A stretch of DNA of 64,000 nucleotides from assembly GCA_964016885.1 (NCBI GenBank), contig OZ024743.1, positions 85,622,001 through 85,686,000 of the forward strand, written 5' to 3'. Position numbers and translations under genes: made by a program. This DNA comes from Eledone cirrhosa (lineage: Eukaryota). The notes under the pieces are model-generated. The model was not told the DNA's origin. It saw only the letters and a list, made by a program, of their open reading frames with translations, and did not search any database. Shown here piece after piece: positions 24,770-37,229 of the stretch. The first letter of the stretch is position 1. Each line of letters opens with the position of its first letter.

Positions 24770-26157
24770 AATTAATTTATTCATGTTTATAATAACATAT
24801 ATAATGACACAATGCTTACAGGAAAGTCATAAAATCACATATCAACACAAGTGGATAAGTTCCTTCAGAATGAAAATATAAACAGAGCATATAAATACAT
24901 TTACAGTAGAATAACATAACAAATATGTTTTAAATATATACATAAATAACATTACAAATGCCTCGGTAACACTACAAAGGATGATATAATGAAAGATATA
25001 TTCCTTCAATGCTACAATATTAAAGAAAAAGTAAAAGTAAAAGAAGGGATGAACAACGGAGCCAACACCAGAGCAAAAGACAGCAACGTCGCGAGTACTG
25101 GGCAACCTCTCTAATGATTTTTGAGGCAAGCCAGCACACTCGCTGCGTTGCTTCGAGTGATGGCGATGCTGATGCGCTGAAACAGCCAAGCACTCTCGCG
25201 AGATTCACCAGTCACCTCTATTAGGCAAGCCGCCAGTGAGGAAAGGAACCTCGCAGTCAGCGGCCCGACTCCCCCAAACGTCTCGAAAGCCACAGGCTGA
25301 GAAATATAGCTGGCCGACAGAGCAGAGTATTTGAGGGTCTTACTCCGCTCTACTGCAGAAGCTGTGGCTCTCGTCCTAACCGCAGCATCCAGGATGTGGG
25401 AAAGAGCAAAGGAGTCACTAACAGTGACGTCCTCGACCAGGGGCACAGGGTAAGACCGTCAGGTCTTTTGCCATCACCTCTGGACAACCCAGCTGGTTTC
25501 AAGACTGAGGGGATATTCGCCCGGGCTAAAGCTCTCTTCAGAATGAGGTTTAGCTCCGTGTGATGCGCGAAGTGGCTGGCAAGAAAGACCGTGGAAGCCT
25601 GTAGAGTCGAGGAGTTTGCCGCATCAGCACCTCAAACCCATGCAGACGTCAGCTCCCACTCTGAGGGAGATGGAGACACGAAGTTCGTCCAGGCTGAGTA
25701 GGCCACCAACGTTGGCCACGGGTAGGGCATCGACCCAGTCGCCTGAGCATTTGGCGCCGGCAGATAGTAAGCGGTACCTTGCAAACTGATCTGACTGGAC
25801 GAAGAGGGAGTCGAAGGTGGCCTTCGAACTTATGCTGTCCCAAGCTCTCTGACTTCGACTGTCCTCCACCTTCTCAGGAAGAGACAAGCCCAGCTCACTC
25901 CATTGCTGCAGAACTTCACCCAACTCCTTGTTGGAACTAGTCCATGTTGGAGAGGAGAGGATGCTGCTCACCGGGGTGGAGGAAAGGAAGCAGGGAAGAG
26001 AGAGGGACGAACACTTATGGAGACCAAGACCCCAAAATCGTTTGGGCAACACAGCCTGATTGCAGGACTCCGGAGAGAGTCTAAGATTGACCAGACACTC
26101 GAGTCTCTCGAAGATTAGGTCGTCTAAGCGTTGGAGGCAGGACACTGAGAGAGGGGC

Positions 26158-26158
<1 letters not shown>
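24770..26158 (-). mobile_element. CRE-clade non-LTR retrotransposon (restriction-like endonuclease), 5'-truncated
   Basis: LPKRFWGLG.., a Cys/His knuckle (CRCG..DSTGFHGLSC), GLSRGDGKRPDGLTLCP, DVTVSDSFA..KTLKY..PVAFETFGGVG..WLFQRISIAITRSNAASVL. Both ends abut (TA)n. Confidence 0.88.
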
Positions 26159-26202
<44 letters not shown>

Positions 26203-26206
26203 GAGA

Positions 26207-26530
26207 GAAATGGCTTCTACAGGACTAGAACTGTCATTCAAATAAAACAGTTCTAGTCCTGTAGCAGCCATTTCTATATTAAACATCTATACTCTACTAT
26301 GTATTAAGTACCTTACTTACTGTAGTTACCCCCATTGAACCCGGGACACGGACACACAGATATATATATATATATATACATATATATATAACTCTAATAT
26401 GTATTGAGTACTTTACTTACTGTGTCGTGTCCTGGGTTCAATGGGGATAACCACAGTAAGTAAAGTACTCAATACATAGTAGAATATAGATGTTTAATAT
26501 AGAAATGGCTGCTACAGGACTAGAACTGTT
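26207..26530. repeat. Nested inverted repeats of a TA-associated short element (probable PLE terminal repeat)
   Basis: 26207-26234 pairs with 26247-26274, and ~26246-26349 pairs with ~26426-26530. The same family occurs at 7200-7250 and 20351-20430. Confidence 0.85.
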
Positions 26531-26623
26531 ATATATATATATATATATATTTATTAAAATAACAGATTAAAGTTTAAGCAAAGAATCGCTGCTTTGGATT
26601 TTAGTCTTCAAATTTATTATTAT

Positions 26624-26657
<34 letters not shown>

Positions 26658-26908
26658 TATAAAAAACGAAAAATCAGTGATGCATCTGGACTCAGTTTAT
26701 TGCGGCAGGTAACTCGAGACATGATCACTGTATGGATCTGGCTGATTCTACGACTGCAGGTTCCTTCGGACACATGCAATTCGTTCGGACCAAATTTTCT
26801 CACTCGTTGTGAGAAAATTAGCTCCAAACGAATATTCACACTCTGCTCTGTATGAATATTGAGTGCTAATTTTGGGAATCCGCCTATGGAAGCACCATAG
26901 CTACCATT

Positions 26909-26945
<37 letters not shown>

Positions 26946-27406
26946 ATCATAATCATGTCTGTTGAACATCTATTTTCCACGCTTGTATGGGTTAGATTCT
27001 AACCGTTAGAAGAATCATCCACCATATGAGACAAGTCTGACCTGTTGGCCGCGCTGAACCTTGCTCAAACGGAACTGTATTTTGGCTGAGTTTTTTTTAT
27101 ATATGTACAGCTACATACATACATGTACATATGTATATTATCTAACTATATAAGGCTTGTTGATTAAATTCACTACCTCAATGCTGGCCTTGTACCAATT
27201 TTTGAAGGCATTATCTTCTGATATTCCATCCAAGGTTAACTATTGTATGTGTGTGTATGAGGGGGATCAGCGATAAATGTTTAAAAATAATAAAGTACTG
27301 ATAACATCGTAAATTTATGTGTATGTATGTATGTGTATGTGTGTGTATATATATATCATCATTATCTTCGTTTAATGTCCATTTTCCATGCTAGCATGGG
27401 TTAGAC

Positions 27407-27443
<37 letters not shown>

Positions 27444-27692
27444 CGTACACATATTTGTGTGTATTTATGGAAATAGGTGTATACAGATGATGGTATATAT
27501 ATATATATACATGTAATTATAATCATGGACAATTGACGACATTAAATGATGATGATGATGCTACATGTATGCGTGTCAATGGAATGTTAGTTTACTACTT
27601 TTGCAATAATCTTCTAGGTGAAATGAAATTGAGAAATGAGACTTACAGCCCTCACCTATTCAGGTTTAGCTGGCCTCCCATGAGGTTGTATC

Positions 27693-27910
27693 TTAACCCT
27701 TTAGCATTCAGATTATTTTATATATACTATTATATTTTCATGGTAAATGCTTTACCTCACATAATTATCTCACATAATATCGAATCTATGAGATTTTGAA
27801 AGTATTTATTTTGAGAACAATACCTTAACATCAGTTTGAGCAACCAGTTACAGCCAGTTTCAACAGAGAGAGGTAGAGAATTATGGCTGGTTTGAACACT
27901 AAAGGGTTAA
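27693..27910. mobile_element. piggyBac-type MITE (TTAA-CCCTTT...AAAGGG-TTAA). Other copies: 28117-28311, 36194-36378, 51323-51538, ~61885-62100
   Basis: TTAA target duplication, CCCTTTAG TIRs and shared internal sequence. Confidence 0.85.
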
Positions 27911-28588
27911 AGAAGGTTTCTTGAGTATTTTAATGATAGGGGCCCCTGTCCTATCATGAAAGGCAACGTGAAATGATCATATGTGCCGGTTGATCCAGAA
28001 ATCAAACCTATAACTTTATGGTTGTTTATCCAGCACCCTGACCTTTAGTCAATGAGCCTTCTCTCAGTGAATCTCTCATTGCTACATTAATGTCTATATC
28101 TAGCTAAGAACGTCTATTAACCCTTTAGTATTTAAAGAGAATTCTCTCACCTCTTTCTGTTCAAACCGGCTGTAACTGGCCACTCATACTGGTATATGAT
28201 TCACAAAATAAATAATATTAAAATTTCATAGATTTGATATTATGTGAGGTAAAGCCTTTGCCATGAAAATATAATAGTAAATATAGATTAATGTAAATAC
28301 TAAAGGGTTATGGCTGACACATATTTGGTAATGTCTCTTGTATTTGTCGAAATGATTAAAATCGTTGTCATCATTTAACATCTATTTTCCCTGCTGGCAA
28401 AGGGTTGGACAAATTATATCAGCTATTGAACTGCTAATCTCATGTCATTTCCTCACCTCATAATCATTTGTAATTAGATAGTGACTATATTAAATATATC
28501 TGCACTTATTTAACAGTCTGATCATCTATTTCTTTTCTCCATATATTTCCAGCAGGTAGTCATTTCTGTAGAAGATACATAGGTGTAC

Positions 28589-28705
28589 ATGATGAAGTTT
28601 AACTTGGGTATTGGTGATGGTCAGATCCTACAGATGCTTTCTGAAGCCATCAAGAAGGAGAGACAACAGTGGAAAGCCAAATTCTTCCGACGACATGGTG
28701 ACACG
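28589..28705 (+). CDS. CCNI: Cyclin I, coding exon 1 (MMKFNLGIGDGQILQMLSEAIKKERQQWKAKFFRRHGDT)
   Basis: MKF..L..AI..E...WK matches the cyclin I N-terminus. Acceptor ttccAGcAG upstream, donor ACG|GTAAGA, phase 0. Confidence 0.93.
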
Positions 28706-29282
28706 GTAAGATTTTTTGTTTTTGTTTTTTCATGTTTTCTAACGACTTTATGCTGATTCATGACTTCAAGTTGATTAGCAACTTTATGCTGATTAACAAT
28801 CATGAATAATGGGTTCTGATTTAGGTACAAGACCAACAATTTGGGGGAAAGGAAAAGTTGATTAAATTTACCCCTGTGCATTACTAGTACTTTATTTTAT
28901 CAGTGGAAGGGAGCTACAGTAGAGGAAGGCCAGTGATGTGTATGGATGATGATTGTTGGGTAAAGAAGTGTCAGGAGTTCCCAGTGGAAAGGAGCTACAG
29001 TAGAGGAAGGCCAAAGGAGATCTAGGCAGAAGTTTTGAGGGTGGGCCTCAAAATGCATATCCTAGTAGAAAAGATGATGAAGGGACGCAGTAGGTGGAGG
29101 GAAGTTGTGCTGGAAAATACCCGTTCAACCTTTGAAAACATGGAAAAGCAAATGAGGATGATGTATCTGATACTAATTAATTATAAATTAAGATATGTTG
29201 ATTTTTCTTGCTCTGCATGCATCATTTCTACTTGTAATTAAGCTTATTAAATTAATTATCATCTGTATCCTCTTAATTTCAG

Positions 29283-29411
29283 TGTGTCACAGGCTCTCAA
29301 AGAGACTGGGCTGCTTCGTGGTTGGTTAGTATTAACAGAAACTTCCACTTCACACCAGAAACTGTCTCATTGACATTGAATATATTGGATCGATTCCTTA
29401 ATTCTGTTAAG
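29283..29411 (+). CDS. CCNI: Cyclin I, coding exon 2 (CVTGSQRDWAASWLVSINRNFHFTPETVSLTLNILDRFLNSVK)
   Basis: Cyclin box QRD...WL...PET..L...LDRFL. tttcAG| acceptor and AAG|GT donor, 43 codons. Confidence 0.96.
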
Positions 29412-30270
29412 GTTTGTTTTAGTTCTTTTGACTTCGTTTTCTTGTTATTGTCATTGGTTGTTGTTGATGTTTTAATCTATTGAGCTGCTTCCTTACTTTC
29501 CTTCTCATTCACCTTGCACTAGAATTGATATTGTTTGATTGGTTAGTTCTGTAATGCTTGAACAAACAGACAGACAGACTGATGTTATAATAATGAAAAT
29601 TATTGTGTACAGTGCTCAGGTATACTACAACTCATCAAAAGTGCATGTATAGTATATAGAATAATGTACAAATGTCAGGAAAGTGAACAGTGTATGTGTC
29701 ATGGTATACACACAGATACATGCGTGCATGATCATGATCACCTCCACCACCATCAAGAAACTTTACTGCCATTGGCTATTCTGTAGCTATGATCAAATTA
29801 GCTATTTTGTAGACATGATCAAGACGCTTTACTACACCACTGGCTATTCTGTAGCTATACGGTCAAGACACTTCACTATCATTGGCTTAGTCCACTTAGC
29901 TGTAGATTACAGCTGTTTCCACCACTGGAAGATGTGGACACTCAGTATATTTAATGAAATTTTATTAGCTTCATGTTGTACTGCAGTAGGTGCTGTATCA
30001 CCTTAAACTACCCTTGCAGTCACTATAATATTAAAAGAAAGACAGTTTTTATATAGAGAAGGAATATTGTTGATTAAATCAAGTATCATATATTACTGGT
30101 ACTAATTCTATTTACCCTCACTAAATTTCAACTCACGACATTAATTCAGTCAACTATTTCTGTCTTATTCATCGTCCTAGGCCATCATCTCTACTCTTAT
30201 CTGTTTATTTCTTCAAAATTCCTATTTAAGGAGAATCAGTTTGTTAATTAGGTGTTTTTTTTTTTTCCAG

Positions 30271-30345
30271 GTACCACCCAGATACCTTCACTGTGTTGCA
30301 GTTTCCTGTTTCTTTCTGGCAGCCAAATCCACTGAAGAAGATGAG
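30271..30345 (+). CDS. CCNI: Cyclin I, coding exon 3 (VPPRYLHCVAVSCFFLAAKSTEEDE)
   Basis: YL.C.A.SCFFLAAK..EEDE is diagnostic of cyclin I/G. Canonical splice sites. Confidence 0.97.
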
Positions 30346-30847
30346 GTTAGTATAATTATCATCACCATCATTTTTACATACTATGGGCATGTGGTTAGAA
30401 TCTCTCGGGGGGGGGGGGGGGGGGAGGAATTGCTGGACAGATTTTACGGGCAAAACCAACCGGCAAGAGACCCAGGGGTAGACCCTGAGCAAGATGTCTG
30501 GGTAACTTCCATGAGCTCAGCTGGGGATCCAGCCAGATAAGTTGGAAACAATTGTTTCTGACAGGACCCACTGGGGTCTCGGGATATGCAATCAGCTCCC
30601 ATGACCCCCTTAGGAATAAGTGGGCAAAGAACAAGAAAAGATGCTGGCATGCATTAGATGCGACTTTTTGAGGAAATGTTTTATAGCCAGATGCCCTTCC
30701 TGTCACCCATTTGGTAGCTTCTTACAATATGCACCTATTCTAAACTGGGAATTTTTTAAATTTTTTATTTTATTCAATTTAATTTGATTTCTGTATTGTC
30801 CTTAACTCTAACTTCCCAGATTCACAATACAGCTTCTCTACTTACAG

Positions 30848-30988
30848 GTTATTCCTAGTACCCGAGATTTGGCAGCTGAAAGTCAATGTGGTTGTAGCGT
30901 ATCTGAAATTTTGCGCATGGAGAGAGAGATTCTCGGTAAACTAGACTGGAATTTGAGGAATGTTAACCACATTGATTTTCTTCACACT
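30848..30988 (+). CDS. CCNI: Cyclin I, coding exon 4 (VIPSTRDLAAESQCGCSVSEILRMEREILGKLDWNLRNVNHIDFLHT)
   Basis: CGCS.SEILRMER.IL.KL.W.L motif. acAG| acceptor and |GTAAGT donor. Confidence 0.97.
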
Positions 30989-31120
30989 GTAAGTATATTT
31001 CTATGATTTCTAACTGAAATTAGTGGTGTTTTATATTTGTAATTTACTCTCATATTTCAATGGATTTTTCTCCAAACCAATATGAATTTAGGATTAATAT
31101 TGTTTTATTTTATTTTTCAG

Positions 31121-31351
31121 ATTCATGCACTGTTACTTTCAATGTACCCACAGTATCTCTATCTTGGCAATATGACACCTTCTCAGCAGCTGGCATCCTT
31201 GACTTCCAAGGTTTTTCGATGTTTATGCAATCATAGGTTTATGGTGTTCCGGCCATCAGTTTTGGTTCTGGCTGTGTTCAGTCTTGAACTTGAGACTCAT
31301 GTCTTTCACTCATGGCTCCAATTGACAATGATGTTACAGAAAATTACAGAG
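31121..31351 (+). CDS. CCNI: Cyclin I, coding exon 5 (IHALLLSMYPQ...WLQLTMMLQKITE)
   Basis: PSQQLASLT..C.CNH....FRPSVL.LAV.SLELE matches the second cyclin fold of cyclin I. Canonical splice sites, 77 codons. Confidence 0.95.
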
Positions 31352-32121
31352 GTTAGTTTTTGTTTTTCTAAAATAGTCACATTCTTGGAAACTGGCAAGA
31401 ATTGTGACATTTCATCATCATCACCATATAACATCTAATTTCTATGCTAGCATGAGTTAGATGGGCTGTTACATTCTGAGGCCAGACAGGTCAGATGACC
31501 AAGTCCTGCTTGTATGGTTCATTTTTTACTTGGTTTTCTATGAGAGTCAGCTGAAAAGTTCATAGGCTGACCAAGTTACTATCATGGAATGATCAAATGA
31601 GGTTTATTTTTCAACATAATCCCTAGAAAGAAATGATGCAGTTATTAATAAGAAAATGCATGCATTATTTCACAGCTCTAACATCACTCCTTCATAGTCA
31701 GCCTATGAACTTTTTAGCTTACCCTTGTACTGCTAGATGCCTTGTGTAGTGAGATCATTTTTTTATGACACCAGCACTAACACTTTACAGGGTGGACTAG
31801 CTGCTTTTTATAGTGGTATCGGTATGACTAACTTACAGGGTGCCATAAATAGAATGATCAATTGACAGTTGAGTTTCACTATTAATGTTGTTTTTTAGTC
31901 TAAAGTCGACCCTCATTGAGCAAGCCTTTGTGTATCTAGGGCTACACTGGCCAGAGTGTCCTTCCTTTTCTAAAGGTTTTGTTTGAGTGAAACTGGCTGC
32001 TGTTTCTAGTAAAATGACCTCATGAAGGCTCCTGGTTTGTAACAGTAGGCTTGGTGGTGGTGGTTTTGTTGTTGTTGTTGTTACACTATGTTAAACGTCT
32101 GTCTGTATTTATTTCTGCTAG

Positions 32122-32418
32122 GTTCCCACTGATCAACTGATTAACTGTCGAGAAGAATGTAGCCGCTATCTTAGTAGTAAATTCCATCTTCCAAAGCCTC
32201 CAGTAATTTATGGACACAAGAAACGTGTCTGCGTGAAGCGCAGACTCGAGCAAATTGAAGTTGATGAAATCTATGACTGCATCAAACACTTGTATAGTGA
32301 AGAATATTTTTCTACAGCAAACAACACAGACAAAGTTTTACCACTTAGTTGTAGCCAAAATATACTTCAAAAACGAGAAGAGGAATGTGTGAAGCTACAA
32401 CCCGTTATTGCAAACTAA
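32122..32418 (+). CDS. CCNI: Cyclin I, last coding exon (VPTDQLINCREEC...KRRLEQIEVDEIYDCIKHLY...LQPVIAN*)
   Basis: Cyclin I-specific KR..E..EVD..YD.IK.LY and terminal LQPV motifs. Stop TAA at 32416-32418. Spliced total 329 aa. Confidence 0.95.
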   Translation, partial: VPTDQLINCREECSRYLSSKFHLPKPPVIYGHKKRVCVKRRLEQIEVDEIYDCIKHLYSEEYFSTANNTDKVLPLSCSQNILQKREEECVKLQPVIAN

Positions 32419-33362
32419 ACTCACAACTTTATTATTTTGTCAAAGAACCCTCCTAAGTGTTCTTGTCTTTTATTCTGGGACAAACAAAAAATGATTACAA
32501 CTTTTTTCAGTTATTCTCTTTATTAAACAGATAGTTCTTTTACTTTAAAGATAAAACGAAAAAAGGTTACAAAGTATTCCCCCAAAAAAAACAATTAAAT
32601 TTTTAAAAAAAGGCAGCTTAAAAAATATAAAAATATTGAAAATTCCAAAAATATTACAACTATTAGATTTTCTCTAAATTGTTGTTTACTTAAATGTCTG
32701 TCAGTATGTCCAGACTTTCTCTAAATTTTTGTTTTACTGTCCAAGAGTTTTTTTTTCTGTTAATTGAGGGATTTCAGTATTTAAAAAAAACAAAAAAACA
32801 ATACTTCATAGGAGAAAAAATGATGTTTTTCAATACATTTCTTTCTTTCTTAAAAGTAGGACAATACTTCAACTCTGTTAGTGTAAAACTCAACTAGATT
32901 GCTGTTTTATAAACCATTTAAATTCCAATATATTTAAATCTTTTAAAAAATAGTTAGAATTATCCAAAGTATAATTTCTAGTAAAGTTTTTATTGAAGCC
33001 AGACAATCTTATAGATTGGATCAGCTGAAAGTTTAGTAATGGCGAGGCCGATCAGATTAGTAATTGCCATCACATATCATGGAGTAACTAACAGCAATCT
33101 TTGCTGTATTCCGCCATTTGTTTTGTTTTATATATATATATATAGTTCTTTGGCTAAATGTTTCACGAAACACAATTACGATTGTCTCTGTTACTTGTGT
33201 AACACATCAGCAGATATGAACAAACTGTTATGTCTAAACAAACAAAAAACCTAGTCAACTATACAGTTTGAGCATTTGTTAAGTATGTGTGTGTACATAA
33301 TGATTTCTGCAAAGCCTGCAATTTGTGGGGAGGGGAAAGTCAATTATATCGATCCCAGTAGT

Positions 33363-33625
33363 GAAGCCGCATGGCCTAGTGGTTGGGGTGTTGGATTAAT
33401 GATCTTAATGTCATGGGTTCGATTCCTGGACCAGGTGGTGTCTTGTGTTCTTGAGCAAAACACCTAATTTCACGTTGCTCTGGAACACTCAGCTGAAAAT
33501 GAGTACTAGCAGTAGCTGGGGTTTAACCCTGAGATGGACTGGTGTCCTATCAAGAGGGTGTCTTGTATTCTCAGTCGCTTAATACCTACGAAACCGGCCT
33601 GACGAACCTCCAGGTTTGGGGTGGG
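33363..33625 (+). mobile_element. tRNA-derived CORE-type SINE (family B), nested in a family A SINE. Other copies: 47197-47465, 48845-49075, 54966-55105, 58190-58325(-), 1075-1320(-)
   Basis: A box TGGCCTAGTGG, B box GGTTCGATTCC, CORE-like GTGTTCTTGAGCAAAACAC..ATTTCAC. Confidence 0.85.
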
Positions 33626-34676
33626 GTTGGGGGAGTACTTCACTGGTACTTTATTTTATCAACCCTGGAAGGATGAAAGGCAAAGTTAACCTTGGTGGAA
33701 TTTGAACTTGGAACATAGAGAGCTATAACGATTTACTGCAAAGCATTTCGTCTGATGCTCTATCGATTCTGCCAATCCAATCCACCATCCTTATGTGTGT
33801 GTACATATAATGCTGCTAACTTATGTTTTCTTCTGCTGCTAGTAGTTTCTAGTAGGAGAACGACGAATCTCTCTCTTTCTCTCAAGTGTTGTGGATAATC
33901 TAAGACAATCTAATTATAGGGTGTGAGCTGTCTTTAATCACCAGAGACACTTATAACAACCAAAGTTTTATTGTGCGCTGTCAATGAAAGACTGCTCAGA
34001 CTTATTAAGGGTCTGATGTGGCCCTTTACTAACAGAATGCTGTAATGGTAATGTCAAGCCCCTAAAATAACAAACAAACCTACACATTTGTCACTAAAGC
34101 AAACCTATTTAATTATGATTTCACTGTTCAATTTGACTGGAGAAACAGAAACCTCTGAAGATGTTTTACTCTTCAAGATCTTACAAATTCAAATCTAAAA
34201 CCCTTTTTACATTCCTATATATTTATATATATATATGTTATGTTATATATCTATATTTATAGAAACAAACACATTTGTTTGGCAGTCTTCCATTTTTCCA
34301 CCCAAGAATGGTTAAGTCTAGCTAAATATTACTTTAGTCCATAGTGGACTGTCCACATGTATATAATAATGTATAAAATTTTAAAACATTGTATAAAGAT
34401 CTGTATGAGCAGGGGGGGGGGGGGGGGGGGGCTTTTTTTAAACACACTCACAAAAGCTCTATTGACGAACAACTAGAATTGACATGAAATGAGAGTGAAC
34501 GAAGCCACAAGCTAGTCACAACAGCTCTCTTTCTCTCTCTTCATCGAGGAATCAAGGAATTTGTGACTAATAGCTCACCTTTCCCTACAAGGTTCTTCTG
34601 AGAAAGATTACTGTTGTTGTTTTTATTTTTTAATTCTCTAGCATACCTGATCATGGTAGAATATGAGACAAAATAT

Positions 34677-34720
34677 TGTATTTATGAATAAAAGAAACTG
34701 TTTCTGTCTGCTTTCTCAGT
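34677..34720 (+). terminator. Candidate CCNI polyadenylation signal (alternative AATAAA at 35408-35413)
   Basis: TGTA at 34677, AATAAA at 34687-34692 and a GT/T-rich downstream element. Confidence 0.5.
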
Positions 34721-35491
34721 TAATAAGTGATTTGTTTAAACTAATGAATCACACTCTCTCTAGCTGGAAGAAGTACAACTGAGACTTCTGTTGTTGTTGT
34801 TCTGTCAACAGATATCACTACTACTACCAACAACAACACATGCTAGCAATATTGTCTGATGCAACTCAGCACCAACTTTTCACACCCATCTTTTTACAGA
34901 ATTAACAGCGTAAAATGCCATATTGGCATTTAAGAGTTGTTATCACCAAAATGTTAAGCTATCTCTATGGTGCTTTCCTCTTTCTCTTTCACTATCTCTC
35001 TTCTCTATCTCTATTTTCTAGAATCTTCTATCCTTGTCTATGTATTTTATTTCATTATATTTATTTATTCCACCACATTTTTTTTAATGACTTATTATTA
35101 TTTTAATGGTTCCTTTTTTTTTTTCAATGTGATTTTTTAAAACTTATTATTATTATTATTTTAAAATCTTACTGAAATCCCTTTAAAAATTGACCATTAT
35201 GTCTATTGATATGAAATGTCCCCCTTTAAAGCATGGTTGTATGACTGAACTGTATACAGCTGTGAGTGTATACACCAGTATAATATATATATGTGTATGT
35301 AACTGTATCATGTGTATGTGGCTGTATCATATGTATGTAGATGACTGTACATGCATGTGTATATTTGCATGTTTGGAGAGAAAAAGAAACCTATTTTATT
35401 GTGCAGAAATAAATCGAAATATTTATACAACTTTTATTTGTATGTTGCTTTTTATTTTATTTTACTTGTGTTTGTGGTTTATTATTAAATC

Positions 35492-35962
35492 AAGTTATGA
35501 CATCTTAAGTCACTGTGGATGTGGCTTATAAATTATCACGTCTTAACTCGCTGTGACTTGAATTACGTCTTAAGTCACTGTGGATGTGGCTCATGAGTTA
35601 TGACATCTTTAGTCACTTTAGTTGTGACTTATGAATTATGACATCTTAAGTCACTGTGGCTGTGGCTCATGAGTTATGACATTTTAAGCCACTAGATGTG
35701 GCTCATGAGTTTTGGCATCTTAAGTCACTGTGGCTGTGACTTATGAGTTATGTCGTCTTAAGTCACTGGATGTGACTCATGAGTTATGACATCATTAGTC
35801 ACTGTCACTTATAAATTATGATATCTTAAATCTCTGTGGCTGTGACTCATTGAGTTATGACATCTTAAGTCACTGTGGATGTAACTCATGAGTTATGATG
35901 TCTTAAGTCACTGTAGAGGTGACTCATGAGTTATCACATCTTAAGTCACTGTAGAAGTAACC
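35492..35962. repeat. ~38-bp minisatellite, ~12 copies
   Basis: Unit GAGTTATGACATCTTAAGTCACTGTGGCTGTGACTCAT. Confidence 0.92.
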
Positions 35963-37229
35963 CGTGTAGGAAATTAGCAACTCCAAGAAAACATATATTG
36001 TAAAATCTGTGACTAAACCAAGAATGTGACTCTAGGCTGAGGATAATACAGACTTGGAAGACAGTTTAAAAAAAAAAAAAAGAGTCTATCAGGAAGTGAT
36101 GTGAATGGATAAAAGGAACCTCAAGACAATGGCTGAATTGGAGGAGAGGGAAAAGACACCAGTATGGAACTATCACTGTGAGAGCTTGTTGACTTAACCC
36201 TTTAGCATTTAAACTGGCTATATCCTGCCAGAATTCCCTCATCTCTTTCTGTTCAAACCAGCTGTAACTGGCTGCTCATACCAATAACAAAATTTCATAG
36301 CTTCGATATGTGAGATAAAGCCTTTACCGTGAAAATACAATAGTAAATACAGAGTAATGTAAAATGCTAAAGGGTTAAGAAACATTGGATGATGTAGCAT
36401 TGTTGGCAAAATGGTGAAAATCCTGCATAGACTGAATGATATAAGTTGAGCATGGATGTGTTTCAAAACAAAGAAATTGTGTAGTGTGACCCTTGTCAAA
36501 GGAAGGCAAAAAAACGTGAAGTGTGTGGTTGCAGGAGAGGTCATACCAACAATAGTGGAAAACATCTGAAGGGAGAGCCAGAGTTGTATTATGGATCATT
36601 CAATGATAGAAGAGAGGGACTTAAAATTCAGAAGATGGCTCATGATGAACTTCCAGTGATAGAATATTAGTACCAATCAAGTCCAATCTCTGTTGCACAC
36701 AGTTTACACTATATTCCAGGTTGTAGGAAGTTGCTAACACATGTTGAACAGAAACGCAATACAAAAGTGATGACACAGGACCGAGATCTCTGGCATTATG
36801 CAATAATACAGAAGACCTGCTTTCCCATGAGCACAGGCTGAAGCATACATCTAGTATGTACCACCACCACCCTTCCACACACCTGCATCCTAACACTCTG
36901 CCCCTCATACAGGCCTCTATATCTACATCCCTAATCCCCATACACCTCCACCAAAGTCCCCAGTCCACACTGTGAAGTGGTTGTGATGGCAACATGACAA
37001 AAAGCAGCCAGCCAACACTGTAAAGTCGTCGTGTAGGTGACACAACAAAAAGCACACTGAAAATGTGGTTGGAATTAGGGAGTGTATCCAGCCATAGAAA
37101 CCAAGCCAAAAGTTTTGTATGAGCAAGACATTGTCATCTGACCTGGCTTGTCTCACAACGGAACAACTCCTCTAACCCATGCTAGTGTGGAAAAATGGAC
37201 GTTAAACGTTGATGATATTGGCAAGTAGC

